Assembly: GCF_036971445.1 (NCBI RefSeq)
Contig: NC_091469.1
Span: forward strand, 268,460,001 to 268,524,000
Length of the DNA stretch: 64,000 bases
Direction of reading: 5' to 3'
Source of the DNA: Narcine bancroftii
Lineage: Eukaryota
Part shown: piece after piece, positions 12,696 through 27,006 of the stretch
Numbering within the stretch: position 1 is the first letter of the stretch
Layout: every line of letters begins with the position of its first letter
Position numbers and translations under genes: made by a program
Notes under the pieces: generated by a model
What the model was told of the DNA's origin: nothing
Database searches by the model: none
Seen by the model: only the letters and a program-made list of their open reading frames with translations

Positions 12696-14899
12696 AGAGT
12701 CACTGTTTGGGGCCCCAACAGTTCACAGTATATTATCAGTGATTTGGATAAAGGATCTACATGTAATATTTTCAACAGAAAATGCTTTAACATAAAAACA
12801 CAGGCCAGATAGCATATGTGGTAAGAGCTACAAAGTTAAAATTTAAGTTGAAATCACTTCATCAGAACTGGGAAAGTGAGGAAATAGAGATGGAAACCAC
12901 AAAGGGAATTCCTGAAGGTTGCAGAGGTGATCCCAATGTTTGTGGAGACCTCTAGTTAATAGCTGAATGAAAGAGAGAAGCAAAGCTGTGAACATTTAAG
13001 CCAGAACTATTGCTGAACCTTAAAATCAAGCAGAGAATGCTGGAAACATGCAGCACATTAGGACATCTCTGTAGAGGGAGAAAAAAATGAATTAATGTTA
13101 CGGGAGAATATTCTGACAGCAGAGATGGTGAGTGCTGATTCAGCTGGGAAGATGAACTACTGGAAATTGTTGCCTCAAGGGCATAGAAGGAAGATGAAGG
13201 ACTATTCCTTTAGCTTTCTCTGAGCTTGGTAAAAAGAGCAGAGTGTGGGGAGGCACCAACAAAAGAGACAGGCATTTGGAAGCACAAGATAAACACTGTG
13301 TTCTGATTGGAGATGATCTGGAAAGCAGCCACACAACCCAGATTTTATTTCTCCATTGTAGGGGAGATCAAATCAATACATGCAATTAGCAAACATGCAA
13401 ATGAATTGAGATTTCACGTGGAAGAACAGTTTGACTCTCTGAATAGTTGGAATCAACAAGATTCGAGCACAGTTGTGCCACTCCCCAGTGACCTGGGAAT
13501 GTGCTGTGAATAAGGGAAAGGTTGGTGAAGATAGAAGAGTGGATCTAGAAGTTGTGAAGAAAACAGTCCACACCCACTCTGGTCAACCTGTCTGTGGCCT
13601 TCTACGCTGACCCAACAGCCCAGCATTATCTTGAGGAACAGCATCATCCACCCACATTGTAGCCTCTGGGGTTCAATTTTGAATTCAATGCTTTTGCAAT
13701 TGTATCAGAAATAGTGTTCAACTATTAGAATATTCTTTTGAAATATTAAGTCCCCCCCCCACCCCCCCTTTCTGCTGGACATTTCTGGTATTATCCTTTT
13801 GGTTCCAACAACAGTTCTAAATGACACTTCACAGCATTAATGTGTCCCTTTATTCATTTCCTTTCTCTCCATCTTTAATGAATGAACCTGACACCAAAGT
13901 AAACATTGGGATCACCTCGGTGGCACTGGGATCACCCTTTGTTCAATCCACCTGTACAACCTGAAACTATAACTTTATCCTAGCTCTAACCCAGGATCTT
14001 TGACCTGAAATGTTCCCTCATGTCAGAGATGCTGCGCAAATCGCTGGGTTTTCCCAGCATTTCCTGTTTATATTTCAGATTTTCAGCAACTGCTGCTTTA
14101 GATTTTGATTGAAAGTTGCACATGGCCTTGTGAAAGCAGACCTGGAATACTGTGAGCAATCTCATCCTTGTTTGAAGAAATGATAGATCTGTGTGAGAGG
14201 GAATGCAGCAACAGTGCATGGGCTGATCCCCAGGATATCCATTGCGGAGAGATAGGGTATTCTTGCCTGTGTTCACTCAAGTTTAGAAGGAGGAGAGATT
14301 TCATTGAAATATATCTTTCTTGGTTGGGAATCTACATGTTGCTTCAAGAAACTCTCCTGGGAAAGGCCTAACAAATTGTGCTCCAACTGAGCTTTTGGCA
14401 CTAAGAATCTCCCAATCAATATTGGGAAAATTAGGCTCCTACTAATGACAACCCTGTTGCTTTTGCAATTTTCCATAATCTGTCCACAGATCTGTTCCTC
14501 CACCTCTAGTGGCTATCAGAGTTACTGCGTCTTTCTTATCTCTCTCCGTATTGCCTCAGAAGTTGAGCCCACCATTAGGCCTTCTCTAAGTGCAGATCTG
14601 ACACCCTCCCTAATCAGCAATGCTATGCTTTCACCTCTTTTACCTCCCTTACCATTGTAATATGGGAGAACCATGAGAATCACACAACCGTACCAGCAGG
14701 TACCCTGTTAGAAGTTGCATCAACTCATGATCAAGGTCAAGCCCCACCCAAAGGTTAGTGCAAACCTCGTCACTGGTTCCTTTAAATACTTAATCAATAC
14801 CTGGGTTGGACTCTCTAGCCAATGGCACTATAAAGTCCACCATGTGTAGACCATTGGTCCCTTTGCTTCTTCCTCTGGGATGAACCCAGCTCGCAGCAC

Positions 14900-15870
14900 C
14901 AACAGACAGCATTGGAAGGTGGCGGTGCTCCACAGATGAAACAATCATGCAAGAGGGTGGGGTGGGGGTGGCAGGGGTCCAGCCAACTGGTACTCTCCTT
15001 AAAGGAAACTACTGGGCCAGTCCACATCCACACAGACTCCTGGGCTGCTCGAAATAGCATAGGAGTGTGGATCATCCAGTGGCAGGCCACTCTGGGGACA
15101 GCTGCACTAGCAGTTGATTTGGGAGATAGCAAAACAAAGAATGGTCATGGTCCACCACATCGATGCACATACCTCCAGGAACACTACTGAAGCTGCCCAC
15201 ATGCCTCTATGGACCGAGCTGCTCAAATCTGCTCTGCCACTATTCATCTCGTGCAGAGCAACCTCAGCGCATTGGCATCCTGGGTGCACTATAAAAGTGG
15301 GCATCTGGGCCAATAGTACACGACAGTGGGAAGAAGTGCAAGGGGTCATACTGACCCATTATCAAGCCAGAACCATGATTTTCCACTGCCGTACTTGTCA
15401 ACGAATGAGACCACATGGGTGGCCAAATCTCTAGGCCGCATTTGCCGGGATACAGGGACAGGTCAGGTATGGCAGATGAACTATATTGGGCCTCTCCCAC
15501 ACCAAAATAAAAAATAATACATGCTCACAATGTCCATTTCTTACTGTGGTGTCCTGGTGGGAGTGCCCTGAAAGTGGGCTGACCGAGACAGTGCCATTAA
15601 AGGGCTACAGTACCTTTCCTCCATTTATGGAGTGCTGTGGGAGGTACAATCAGAGCAGGGTTCACATTTCCATCAGGCAAAAATTCAGGACTGGGCGGCA
15701 GACTCTGGCATCTCATGGCCTGCTGCATATTCCCCATCACCCACAGGCACCTGGCTTTATTGAGCGAATGAATGGCCAACTCAAAGAGCCGATATGCACA
15801 CTAATGTCCACCAAGGCCCTGCAGGGGTGGCTCAGTGTGCTGCAGCAGGAAGTGGACAACCTCAATTCAC
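14900..15870 (+). pseudogene. Decayed class III (ERV-L/ERV-S-like) retroviral pol remnant: RNase H and integrase
   Basis: Frameshifted motifs IHTDSWAARNSIGVW, VHHIDAH, WQMNYIGPLP, HIPHHPQAPGFIERMNGQLK resemble class III pol consensus motifs (YTDSWAV, WQxDYIGPLP, HHPxAxGLIERxNG). Confidence 0.65.
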
Positions 15871-16747
15871 GTTCAACTGGCCGGGAGAGGGGGGGGGTGG
15901 GGGTATCCCACTCTCATGCTATCTGGCAGCCTCCAACATCCCCAAGTTGGAAGAGGGTGTGGTTGAGCACACCGAAGAATAGAATAGAGGGTGGGTACAG
16001 CAGCCACAAGGTTCACCTCAAAGGGTGAACCCAGGGATACACAGTGGGTTGTGACACAGGGCAAAGGTAATATTTCATATCATTTATACCCGCCAACTAA
16101 CAAGACGAGTGAGTTTTGCACTCCCTCTCCCCCCCCACCCCAAAAAGGAGAATGATGCTGTTGAGAATCATTCCTGATCATTGCTGCATCAATCGGCGTC
16201 GTGGAAGGCTACAACATGTTGCTCAAGGTGGCCTACGAATACAACAGCAGCACCAACAGATCAAACGGGTGGATCTGCATCAGAATTCTGGCACACACTG
16301 CTGAGGGACTTCCACTCATGTTGATCCCATTTGATAACACTGAAATGGACTGTGTTGCATGAACTGGTTGATTCCCTGGCCTTCAGTATTCTGATCTGGG
16401 GTGGGGTGGGGGGGGGGGGGGGGAAACAAATGGCACCTAACTCCCTGTCACACATCATCTCCAGTGACCTCAGATGGAGTGAATGTTTCTTTTCCTCCCT
16501 ACAATCTGGCAAGCTCTAGAGTCTCGACTCTCAGATTGATTCCCTGAACGGTGGACAGGGCGAGGGAAGGAATGTTGCTGCAATCTGTCAGTAGGGCACA
16601 GCAAGTGTGAATGAACCGTAGCTCCACTCCAGGTTGTGAACTGTGATAATGCTGGAGAAGGTGTGTGCTGACAAAGGGTTTGGAGCTGTAGTATTGTGTG
16701 TCTAGGAATCACTGTCCCTAATTTAGTTGTGAGCCATACTTGATTGT

Positions 16748-17037
16748 TGTGGTGGTACACCACGGCCTACTGCAGGGGGAAACCTCTGTATCTGCAGGAG
16801 TGTAAGGGGACAGGACAACACCTGGCCGGCTGCCAATCAGTCGGCCTGAATGGATCAAGCCCCACCCAGTTGGATGTTAATCGCCCTCTGGGATATAAGC
16901 CTGTGCCGGCCTCCCGAGGCCTCACACAGAGTTGCTGCAGCCACAGCCAGCCTAGCTCTGTGGAAGTATTTGTGGATTAAAGCCTGTTGTACAGTCTTTA
17001 ACTCTGTGTGTCTGATTCTGTCTAACAGCACACCACA
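16748..17037 (+). mobile_element. Solo LTR (290 bp)
   Basis: TGTGGTG...CACCACA inverted termini, TATAA and ATTAAA, TSD ATTGT at 16743-16747 and 17038-17042. Confidence 0.9.
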
Positions 17038-17171
17038 ATTGTAAAGCTATCTCTCCGTGGATGGTTGCTAGTATTGGGTAGTTGTTACTTCTGATGTGAG
17101 CGTGTCATACAATCATGTGTTATTCTTGTCATAACTTCCTTACATGTGCAAATCAAGATCACTTTTTAACT

Positions 17172-17425
17172 GGGGCAGCATGGTTGGCATAGTGGTCAGC
17201 TTAACGACTTGACAGCAATTGGGACATGGATTCGAATAACGTGCTGTCTACAAGGAGTTTTTACATTCTCCCTGTGCCTGTGTGCATTTTCCCCAGGTGC
17301 TCTGGTTTCCTCCCACTGTTCAAAACGTACCAGGGGTGTAGGTTTATTGGGTGTAAATTGGACAGCATGGGCTCGTGGGCTGAAATGGCCTGCTACTGTG
17401 CTGTATGTCTAAATTTTAAAAATTA
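17172..17425 (+). repeat. tRNA-derived V-SINE (HE1-like)
   Basis: tRNA-like head and V-domain core GGTGCTCTGGTTTCCTCCCAC; inverted copies near 19300-19460, 36430-36600, 41530-41640 and 59950-60220. Confidence 0.7.
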
Positions 17426-18050
17426 ACCTGCTCTTGTGTCCTGTCAAATTTGTCTTTCCACACACAACCATCCCATCTAAAATAATGAACCAAGCAACAT
17501 TGTGCTGCCAATCCTGTCCCTCTGGCAGCCTTGTCTCTAATGGCCATAACATCATAATTCACAAATTAAGATGAGCAAGGCTGACAATGTTATTTATATG
17601 GATTTTCGTAAAACTTCCCAAGTGATTGGTGCGTATGGAAAGTGAGGGCACAGCAGAGAGGAAGATTCAAGATTCAGTTTATTGTCATGTAATAAAAGGC
17701 AATGCAATATTGCGGGGAATTTGTTTTCTTCTGTTGAAAGGCAGACAGATTTGCCATTGGCAGTAATTGCCTGAAGCACCTCTTGCAGTCAAAGAGAAGC
17801 AAAAGAGAGTCCCCCCAATCTCACCATCCGTGGATTCACCTCCAACGCTTCCACAGCACCCGCAGTCACACAGAGTCCAGTCCAAATCATCGGCAACCCG
17901 AGCTCCAGATCCGAACCTCCAACACGATCAGGAACACTTCAGCACCCTCTCGCATCCCAGTTCCAATACCCAGTACAGTCTCAAGCCTATCTCCAGCAGT
18001 CCACAGCCTGATGTGAATCTGACTGCAGTTATCAGCAGTCCACAATCTGC

Positions 18051-18337
18051 ATCACCGCCAGTGGGCTGATATCGCCTCAAACCGTGCATCTTGGCGCCTC
18101 ACAGTTTGGCGGGCAGCAACCTCCTTTGAAGAAGACCGCAGAGCCCACCTCACTGACAAAAGGCAAAGGAGGAAAAACCCAACACCCAACCCCAACCAAC
18201 CAATTTTCCCTTGCAACCGCTGCAACCGTGTCTGCCTGTCCCGCATCGGACTGGTCAGCCACAAACGAGCCTGCAGCTGACGTGGACTTTTACCCCCTCC
18301 ATAAATCTTCGTCAGCGAAGCCAAGCCAAAGAAGAGA
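18051..18337 (+). mobile_element. RTE LINE, 5'-truncated 3' fragment
   Basis: Near-identical to the 3' end of the RTE copies at 23634, 41800 and 51482; ends GCCAAGCCAAAGAAGA. Confidence 0.9.
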
Positions 18338-18399
18338 CAATCTGCATGGGCAGCTAGCCAACGAGATAAAACATTTGAGAGTTGTTGTAGAAGGCAGCT

Positions 18400-19030
18400 T
18401 TTAATACTGGAGAACCGTGACCAGTGGAGTGCTTCAGGGTTTGGCACTGGAACCCTTGCTTTTTGATATTTACATTAAGGATTTGGACAAGTATGTTTGT
18501 GGCAAGATAAGTTTGCTGATGACATGAAAATATGTGCTACAGTAGATAGTAAAAAGGTTATCTCAGTTGACAACAGGATCTAGAACTCGGCTAAGGAATG
18601 CAGATCCAGTTCAACTTGGAGAAGTGTGAGATGCTATATTTAGGTAAATCGAACCAGGACAGGACTTACTCTGTTAACAACAATGCCCTAAAAGGTGTTA
18701 TGGAGCCCCAGTGAACAGAGTAGTGAAAATAGTATTTGGGTTGCTTGCCCTCATTGGTTGGGACATTGAATACAAGTATTGGGATATCAAGTTGAAATTA
18801 TGCAAGTCATTTGAGAGGCCACACTTGAAATATTGTGCGCTGTTTTGCTTGCCTTACCAGAGGAAGAATATTATACAGCTAGGAAGGGTTTAGAAGAGAT
18901 TTACAAAATTGTTGCCAGGATTAGGGAGTTATTATGAGAGACTGTAAAAAACTAGGGCAGTTTTCTTCAGAGTGTAGGAATATGAGAGGTGATCTTATTG
19001 GTTTATCAAAATATTGTGGAGCACAGATAA
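18400..19030 (+). mobile_element. CR1 LINE fragment
   Basis: VTSGVLQG..L, KFADDMK and RPHLKYC motifs, decayed. Confidence 0.75.
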
Positions 19031-19519
19031 GGTGAATAGTGACTGTAGAGTAAAATGTAAGGGCACAACGAAAGGTGAGGTGACCTAAATTAGTAATGTG
19101 CAAATTTGTTATTTGAAAAACCGACTAACTAGTTAACAGAAACAGTTGGCTAAGAGATTATTTTCACTAAGTATAATTATTAATCACAACATGATTTTAG
19201 GTAACCGACATTTTATGCACACATTAATTTTCTTTGTGTGCTGGTTGCAAAATGTGTGCGCACACATACACGCACAGCTTAAAGGGAACAGTGCCTACAA
19301 CCCTGGTTCTGGTTTGAATGGTGGGAGGAAACCGGAGCACCCAGAGGAAACACATGCGGACAAGGGGAGAATGTGCAAATTCCTTATAGACAGCACTGGA
19401 TTCAAACCCCAGTCAGTGGCACTGTAATAGCATTGCACTAATGGCTACACTAACCATGTTGTTTCTTTAAGGGGGCTACAGACTAAAGTCCTTAATAAAG
19501 TGGGGGGGGGGCAAGGTGT

Positions 19520-19700
19520 AAAGGAAATGGAAGTTTTAATTGCCTTTCCCTCAACATACTTAATTGAATATGGACTCAGCAAGGCAAAATCTAGGAACAG
19601 ACTTGATGTCACAAGAGGTGGCCTTCGACTATCACTAACCAATATGGAGCTTGACATCAAAAAATTTGTTCAGGAACATCAAGTACAAGGATCTCACTAA
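19520..19700 (+). mobile_element. hAT (Buster/Charlie-type) transposase C-terminal remnant
   Basis: IAFPSTYLIEYGLS..KSRNRLD...LRLSLT...QGSH* matches the C-terminal motif of Buster/Charlie transposases. Confidence 0.6.
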
Positions 19701-20079
19701 AATTTTCATTTTTTAATAATTATTTTTTAAAGTTATTTTTATTAAGTTTTCACATCCTCGAGTTATGCCCATTTTCCACTGGCATCCCAGTTAATCGGCC
19801 ATGCAGTGCCTTGAGATAGGAAGCCCATTGTGCTGGGCCACCCTTAAGTGGGACACTAATTGCTTTTCCACTGAACATATGGGGATCAGAGTGTTCTACC
19901 TTCAACTGGAAATGGATGACTTTCTGCTGTCCCTTTTCCATTGGATTCTGTCCCAGTAAATTCCCACTGGATTCCTGGGGCAGGGTGACAGTGGAAAAGG
20001 GCCTATTGTGTACAAATCATTGTGCACTAAGAACCTTTAAAAAAAATTGTAATATACATGTTCACCTTTTCTTTCTTTT

Positions 20080-21050
20080 TAAGATATTTTTATTGTATTT
20101 TGCAGTAATGCAAAAATTAAACAATATTATTATATATTGAAATACCAATTACAAGAAAAAGAAAAAAATGTGAATTCAAAACCCCTATCACTATGCAAGA
20201 TTGGAAAAAATGAACTAATGTGTGGGTATCAAGTGACGACAACCTGGAAATAGACAGCGCAGCATCGACAACCCTATAACTCTAGATTATGATAATGGTC
20301 CATAAAAGTGCCCCATGTCCTTTTTAGTATTTAAATCTTTAATAGCATATCTAATTTTTTTTTCTAAACTTAAACAAGACATACTGTAATATCACTTAAC
20401 CATTGTGTATGTGTAGGTGGAGTGTTATCGTTCCATTTAATCAAAATTGTACATCTGGCTATCAATGATAAAATTTATCAAAGATAAAATTTGATATTGG
20501 GTTGAAGCCAATAAAATGTCATTATCTTAAAATGATCCGAAAAGAGCAATTAAAGGCCAAGGTTCCGATTTAATCTTCAGAATCACCAATAATGTTTGAA
20601 AAATATCTTTGCAAAATTTTTCTAAGCTAGGGCAAGTCCAAAACATATGAATCAAAGAAACCTCAGCAACTTTAAATTTGTCATAAAGAGGATTTATATC
20701 AGAATAAAAACAAGATAATTTAACTTTATACATATGTCCTCCATGAACAACTTTAAATACCAGTAAGCAATGTCATATTAAACAGATTACAAATAGAGTC
20801 CCAAACGTCATCAGAGAATGAAAGATTCAAATCCTGTTCCCAGTCTCTCTTGATCTTAACTAACAAGGCCATTCTTAAATCAAGCAAATTGTTATAAATA
20901 AAAGATAATGAATCAAAAAGTAAATTAAGAATGTTTGTCTCGGGAATTCGCGGTAAGTCAAGGATCTGAGATTGAAACAAATGTCTAACTTGTAAATATC
21001 TTAAAAAAAAGTGTTTGGTAAGTTAAATTTTACCACAAGTTGTTCAAAGG
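20080..21050 (-). mobile_element. L1-clade LINE ORF2 3' fragment
   Basis: HMFWTCPSLEKF and KRDWEQDL motifs on the minus strand, A-rich 3' end. Confidence 0.7.
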
Positions 21051-22879
21051 AAGTGAATGTTCATGTTTTCTTCTTTCCTACATGAGAATGTTTTCCCATT
21101 TGTCTGTTTGTTCTAGAATCACAAGCCACTGTTGTTATGCTCAGAGTAAAAACCTTGTTTCTTTTCACCTCACATAACTTTTTGTTTTTCTGCAGTTGCT
21201 AGGAGAGATGTACATAAGAAACCAACTAAATGTGACTGCTTCACAGGAAAGGGGGCCCATTGACTTTGCGCCAAGTCCTAAGGGGACCATAGCTAAAAAC
21301 AAAGATTGAGAATGGCTGCACTGTTGTGTTATCTGCAAACTTACTGCCATTGCCATCCAAGTTGTTAATATAGATAACAAACAACAGCAAGGGTGAAGAA
21401 GCAACATAATTTAGAAGAAAATAAGTCATATGCCTAGAGGATAGATCATAAACAGTGTGAATATTGAATATACAATTTCAGATAATCATCACATTCTGTG
21501 TTTTCCACTCTCTCTGCTTTCACTTTACCTTTGGTCCTCCCCTTTCTCAGACCTACCCCAGAACCTCATCACACCTCTTCACCCCTCCCCTCCAACTTCC
21601 ATCCACTGACAATGTACAAGCTTCACCCATGGGACATGCCCCACTTATCTGATTCATTATGCCCTTCAATAGTAGCCATATCATCTTCCTTTCTTCTCAG
21701 ATTCAATCATTCGTATTCTTTGTGTCCCAACAACATCACCCACACATCCCCAACTTGATTCCATTTACTCCCTTTTTTCCTTTATTCTCAGCTGCTTCCA
21801 TCCATCACCCACTTGTCTCTACCTCCAATCTCCAGCACTCCCACTTCTCCAATTGGTCAATCATTTATCCCTCCAACAAAGATCTCAGAGCCAGCTAATT
21901 CCAAAGTTTGGTTTCTGGGAAAACATCTTTGATCATAAATCCATCAGGCAGTGGTCAGCATGGAACATCATGCAGACACTGAGTGACAAGCACTTGATGG
22001 ATACTGTGGGGTGGTTTCCCTGAGCAGGCTTTCCTGATCTTCTGACAGAATGTCTAATTGCCAGAATTCCTTAACAAACACCAGGACCTGGCCTGCATGG
22101 CAGTGAGAAGAGCCCTCCTGGTAAGATCCTCCTGTGCCAATGGCATATCTACAATGAATGTTGTCCGTGATGTGGGTATGATGGGCAGGAGACAGTCACC
22201 CACTGTAGAAAACGGATTTCTAAGAGTAAGGGTAAAGGTTCCATTATTGTCAACAAAAGACTCAGGCCCAAAATATTGTTTATCTTTTACTTTTTCTAGA
22301 TGGTGTGTGACCTGGTGAGTTTCTTCAGCACTTTTGTTTATTGCAAAGGAAAAAAAAAATGAGAGATTTCATTTCTGAGGTGTTGGTTAGAATCTCAGGA
22401 TGTCCCAGAACATGAATGTCATTGTCAAGATGCAGGAACTGTAGGAGTAAAGTTTTAGAGAGCAAGCTAATAACGAATAGATGGTCTCTGGGATGAACTT
22501 GGTCAATGGGGAATTGTTTGTTTTCTGAATTCTGGGCAAATTCCTCTGTGCTTGTTCAAAGCAATGGTGTTCTTTCTGTATACTCACTTGAAGTTGTACA
22601 GGAGTGCCACGTTACCTTCAGTCCTCTGGGGATTAAGTTTTCAACTTTTTGACTCATTGCTACTCACAGAATTAAATCCAATTATTTCCAAGAGGTAACT
22701 TGTCTGGCCATCTTTGGGTAGTGAGGCATAACCTGGAGGGACATACCACACAGTAACAGGCCCTTCCAGTCATACTGTACAGTAACAAAATTAAAATGCA
22801 AATATGACATTAGGAATATGAAAAGACCTTGCACAGTATATTTGAGTAAAACACGAAAGTCTGCAGACACCGTATTAGA

Positions 22880-25800
22880 AGTGTTGATCAGTCACTCTTT
22901 TCGTATCCCGTATATTCAGGTTACTGGGGGATTCTTTATGCTGGCACTTTCCAGTGGCCATGTTCTATTACTTCACATCCTCGATGTATATAATTAATAA
23001 TAATCCACTTGGTTTCATTTATCTCAACTCACAACATGGTGTTAGAAGTGGAATGGCCCTGACTTTTCAAGATTAATGTTTTTCATCCAGGCTTTCTTTT
23101 TTTCAAGCGAGGACAACTAAGCCAACCATGACAGCACAGCTAAATGGTGAATATGGCAGATGGATTCTGGAGGCCCGACCCTCTTGTCTTTGACGGTAAC
23201 ATCACTAAAAACTGGCAGATCTTTGAACAAGAATATGATATTTTTGTTGTTGTGGCACACTGACAAGCCAACCCATACTCGAGCATACATTCTCCTCAAT
23301 CTAGCGGGGCTGGAGACCATTCAACGTGAACAGACTCATGTACACAGGAGAAGTGAGAGATCTCACTGAGAGAGGACCAATCCTCATTCCCACGGAATCC
23401 AAGGTGGATCCTGAATGCCTCAAGAGAAAATTTAGAGAAATGTACAACCTTCAAACCAATGTTACTATGGAAAGACACAAGTTCAATGCACAAAATCAGA
23501 AAGCTGATGAGACAATTGACGAATATGTCAGTAATTTAAAAATCAAAGTGAAAAGCTGCAGTTTTGGAGTTATCTGTGAGGAGTTTATTAGAGATAGACT
23601 AGTCTGTGGTATTAATAATAACATAATTAGAAAACAGCAGGTATGGATGGAATCCCCCCCCAGAGGTCTGGAAGGCTGGCGGCAAAACTCTGCATGTCAA
23701 ACTGCATGAGTTTTTCAAGCTTTGTTGGGACCAAGGAAAACTGCCTCAGGACCTTCGTGATGCCATCATCATCACCCTGTACAAAAACAAAGGCGAGAAA
23801 TCAGACTGCTCAAACTACAGGGGAATCACGCTGCTCTCCATTGCAGGCAAAGTCTTCGCTAGGATTCTCCTAAATAGAATAATACCTAGTGTCGCCGAGA
23901 ATATTCTCCCAAAATCACAGTGCAGCTTTCGCGCAAACAGAGGAACTACTGACATGATCTTTGCCCTCAGACAGCTCCAAGAAAAGTGCAGAGAACAAAA
24001 CAAAGGACTCTAATCACATTTGTTGACCTCACCAAAGCCTTCGACACCGTGAGCAGGAAAGGGCTTTGGCAAATACTAGAGCGCATCGGATGCCCCCCAA
24101 AGTTCCTCAGCATGGTTATCCAACTGCACGAAAACCAACAAGGTCGGGTCAGATACAGCAATGAGCTCTCTGAACCCTTCTCCATTAACAATGGCGTGAA
24201 GCAAGGCTGTGTTCTCGCACCAACCCTCTTTTCAATCTTCTTCAGCATGATGCTGAACCAAGCCATGAAAGACCTCAACAATGAAGACGCTGTTTACATC
24301 TGGTACCGCACGGATGGCAGTCTCTTCAATCTGAGGCGCCTGCAAGCTCACACCAAGACACAAGAGAAACTTGTCCGTGAACTACTCTTTGCAGACGATG
24401 CCGCTTAAGTTGCTTGACGTCCTGTTTTGCGGAAACTGCCAAAATGTTTGGCCTGGAAGTCAGCCTGAAGAAAATGGAGGTCCTCCATCAGCCAGCTCCC
24501 CACCATGACTACCAGCCCCCCCACATCTCCATCGGGCACACAAAACTCAAAACGGTCAACCAGTTTACCTATCTCGGCTGCACCATTTCATCAGATGCAA
24601 GGATCGACAATGAGATAGACAACAGACTCGCCAAGGCAAATAGCGCCTTTGGAAGACTACACAAAAGAGTCTGGAAAAACAACCAACTGAAAAACCTCAC
24701 AAAGATAAGCATATACAGAGCCGTTGTCATACCCACACTCCTGTTCGGCTCCGAATCATGGGTCCTCTACCGGCACCACCTACGGCTCCTAGAATGCTTC
24801 CACCAGCGTTGTCTCCGCTCCATCCTCAACATCCATTGGAGCGCTTTCATCCCTAACGTCGAAGTACTCGAGATGGCAGAGGTCGACAGCATCGAGTCCA
24901 CGCTACTGAAGATCCAGCTGCGCTGGATGGGTCACGTCTCCAGAATGGAGGACCATCGCCTTCCCAAGATCGTGTTATATGGCGAGCTCTCCACCGGCCA
25001 CCGTGACAGAGGTGCACCAAAGAAAAGGTACAAGGACTGCCTAAAGAAATCTCTTGGTGCCTGCCACATTGACCACCGCCAGTGGGCTGATAACGCCTCA
25101 AACCGTGCATCTTGGCGCCTCACAGTTTGGCGGGCAGCAACCTCCTTTGAAGAAGACCGCAGAGCCCACCTCACTGACAAAAGAGGAAAAACCCAACACC
25201 CAACCCCAACCAACCAATTTTCCCCTGCAACCGCTGCAACCGTGTCTGCCTGTCCCGCATCGGACTTGTCAGCCACAATCGAGCCTGCAGCTGACGTGGA
25301 CATTTACCCCCTCCATAAATCTTCATCCGCGAAGCCAAGCCAAAGAATTAGAAAGGTGCTATGGTGTGATAGTGATTTTACATTAGTTAAGGCTATCTCC
25401 ATCTGTCAAATTCATGAGATAATTCCAAAGAACACAACAAAACACTGGCTTCTCCACAGCACTCAGTCAAAAAAACGTTGATGCAGTCCAGGCTGGGTTC
25501 ATGGGAAAACAAAAGTATGAGACAAAAATGAAGAACCAGCCAGGAAATTTGTGACACAGTTTATTGCTAACTGCATTAACTGTGGTGTTGATCATTTGGC
25601 TAAAAGAGTCAAATGTCCAGCTTTTGGTCAACAGAGCCATACCTGTAACAAATTGAATCATTTAAAAAAATGCTGCGTCCAAACAACGGACTTTCAGTAG
25701 GCAGAAACCTAGGAGAACTGTTCACCAGATAGAACCAGACCAAACTGATAGCGATACAGATGAAGGATGCTATGTCAAAGCAAATGGCTGTTAATTCAAC

Positions 25801-25920
25801 TGATGCACAGGTAAAAGAAAACGATGAAGCTTTTTTACTCTGTGCAAGTTAGTGGGACTTCAGTTAAAATGAAAGATGACACAGGTGCCAAATATAATGT
25901 TATGAACTAATAACCCTTTT
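22880..25920 (+). mobile_element. Decayed gypsy element (LTR, PBS, gag) split by an RTE insertion
   Basis: LTR end ...CACAACA at 23036 followed by PBS-like TGGTGTTAGAAGTGG (tRNA-Leu-like). Gag ERHKFNAQNQKADETID...IRDRLVCGI..IRK resumes as VLWCDSDFTLVKAISIC after 25354. Confidence 0.75.
23634..25345 (+). mobile_element. RTE LINE, 5'-truncated (RT domain)
   Basis: RT motifs FVDLTKAFDTV, GVKQGC, LLFADD; 9-bp TSD AATTAGAAA at 23625-23633 and 25346-25354. Confidence 0.95.
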
Positions 25921-27006
25921 AAATTTTATTTGGGACTAAACGGACGTTGTTAGCACTAACACAGAAACAGTAATGAAAAATTTACCAGACAATAGTAAAT
26001 TCAAAATAATAGCTTTTTAATTAAACTAGTAACGGTATAACATTTCTTACTTTTCTATAAACTTACTTAACTCTAAATTTAACCCCACTATGCATGTGTG
26101 TGTAATTAAAGTCCCACTCTGAAAAGTCGATCTTTAAAAAGTCAGCATCATTTTAGTCTTGCTTGAAGGTCTTAAATTCTCAATTCTAAAATAATTAAAA
26201 AGCACTTTTAAACATAATTTAAACATCAAATCTTCAGGCCTCTTTACTCACAATTCTGCTTTCCACACGAAGATCTCTCTGTATGTGTGTGTGTCTCTCT
26301 CTCTACCTCAGAGAGAAAAACCTGTTTGACTCTCCCTGCATGAAAAACCACAACCCTCTTAAAACAGCAAGTTCCACTCCAGACAGAATGCGGCTCCAAC
26401 AAGTTCTTTCATCTGTTGCCTTTTTGTAAAGAACAATCCATTAGTGAAGTCTCTTGGGCACTCTCCAAAGCTTTTGCAAAGGCTGTTGGCCCTGACATGT
26501 CTAGCAGTAGCAGAGCTCCAGTATTTTAAATAAGATTTGTTTTAAAGTGTTTGTATATGACCTACACTAAGAATCCTGCCCCAATTTATCTCCCAAAAAC
26601 ATACCTATATTCAATTACACCTGTTTCTCAATTCAGTCATACTTTCTTCCATTTTCTGTACATGTGAAAAATCTGTGCCTCTCAAATGCCATGTTACATT
26701 TAGGTATGCAGTATGCCTCAAACTCTTCCATTATTTTATCCAGTTTCATTTTGTCTCCTTGAGCAACAAATGTGAAGTTATTGTACACCTCCAGGGCTTC
26801 ATTGCCCATGTAAGAAAACTGAAGCTTTCACTTTATCACTTTTCCTGTCAGCTCCAACTACCACTAAATACAATTCAAAATGCTGTTTAAATCTGTTCCA
26901 ATTTTCAGCCACATGACCTGCCAGCTGAAGTTTTGTACATGGATGTAATCCTTGCACTTTTCACTGTGTTAGCTTCTCCTCACTGATCAGTTTAGATTTT
27001 ACCTTT

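Noticed and set aside
25900-26620. Possible inverted LTR-like element (a similar-looking AT-rich block lies at about 6590-7450)
   Set aside because: Termini and TSD could not be fixed with confidence
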